From assembly GCA_009914755.4 (NCBI GenBank), contig CP068257.2, positions 6,912,001-6,976,000 on the forward strand: 64,000 nt of DNA, read 5' to 3'. Numbering within the stretch: position 1 is the stretch's first letter; each line of letters opens with the position of its first letter. This document shows, one piece after another, positions 63,241 to 64,000 of the stretch. The position numbers and the translations under genes were made by a program. The notes under the pieces are model-generated. The model was not told the origin of the DNA. It did no database searches and saw only the letters and a program-made list of their open reading frames with translations. This stretch comes from the human T2T-CHM13v2.0 reference genome, Homo sapiens.

Positions 63241-64000
63241 TGCAGTAAATATTTCAAGAAAATTTCATAAATGGAAACATAGGTACTGTATTTTGATATC
63301 TCTTGGACAAATTATTAGAAGTTTACTTTATATAAGAAGAGTACTTTCAGTTTTAAAAGTAGCCAGAGAACCATAGTGTTAAACCTAAAAAATACCTACC
63401 CCTTTGGAACACCAAGCTAACAACACAGCAGATTAGAAGTACCAGACTTTGCTTTTAGTTCACTTGTGCTTGTTGTGGTATTTTTGGAGACATTACTGTT
63501 GCTAGCACTACCTAATTTGTATTGTGAAATTATTGAAGGCTAAAGCTGATAATAGCTGTTCCTGTAGTTATCAAAACAGGATTGGGTCTAATTTCTTGTT
63601 CTACTTGATATTGAACTCAATTTTATATATGAGACTTCTTTTAAGAATTCCCAAAAGAGTGAAGTGTTTGCTGCTGTAACTCCAGTGTATACAAGTGATT
63701 GTATTTACCAAAAAGACAAACTGTAAATTCTTTTGTTTCTTTTACCAGTTATCTTCCTTTCTGCCTTCTGTCTTCATTGCTTTCACTTTTCCTAAATTAG
63801 ACTTACTGTTTATAAGCAACCTTGGTTTTACATAGTATGTTGGAAGAGTGTGGGGCCGGGGTTGATTTAAGATTTGGAGGTGTAAAGTTTGCCTTTGAGA
63901 CATCAAACCTTCTATGGCTGCTTTTAAAACTGATAGTACTCTTGGGCTGTAAGAATGACTTTGATCGTATTTAACAATCAGCAATAGAATTTGACTTTTA

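Overview
This window is human (primate) genomic DNA, not prokaryotic. It carries about 40 Alu SINEs (they account for most ORFs in the supplied track), several antisense LINE-1 fragments, MaLR-type LTRs, a Tigger1-like and a hAT-Charlie-like DNA-transposon remnant, and a MADE1 MITE. Simple repeats include a long (GAA)n tract, a complex (TATC)n, a 26-bp minisatellite of about 46 copies and a 52-bp minisatellite of about 22 copies. The unusual content is a plus-strand series of four exon-like segments between 39.3 and 58.9 kb whose translations match the N-terminal PHD-finger region of KMT2C (MLL3) as I recall it. Two of these exons carry in-frame stop codons: TGA at 48148-48150 and TAG at 58504-58506. 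This points to a non-processed KMT2C paralogous pseudogene copy (segmental duplication) rather than the functional 7q36 gene. It is reminiscent of the pericentromeric MLL3/BAGE duplicons, although chromosomal placement is inference. All coordinates are approximate (about +/-10 bp for repeats). Repeat family names come from recalled consensus sequences and should be confirmed with RepeatMasker/Dfam.
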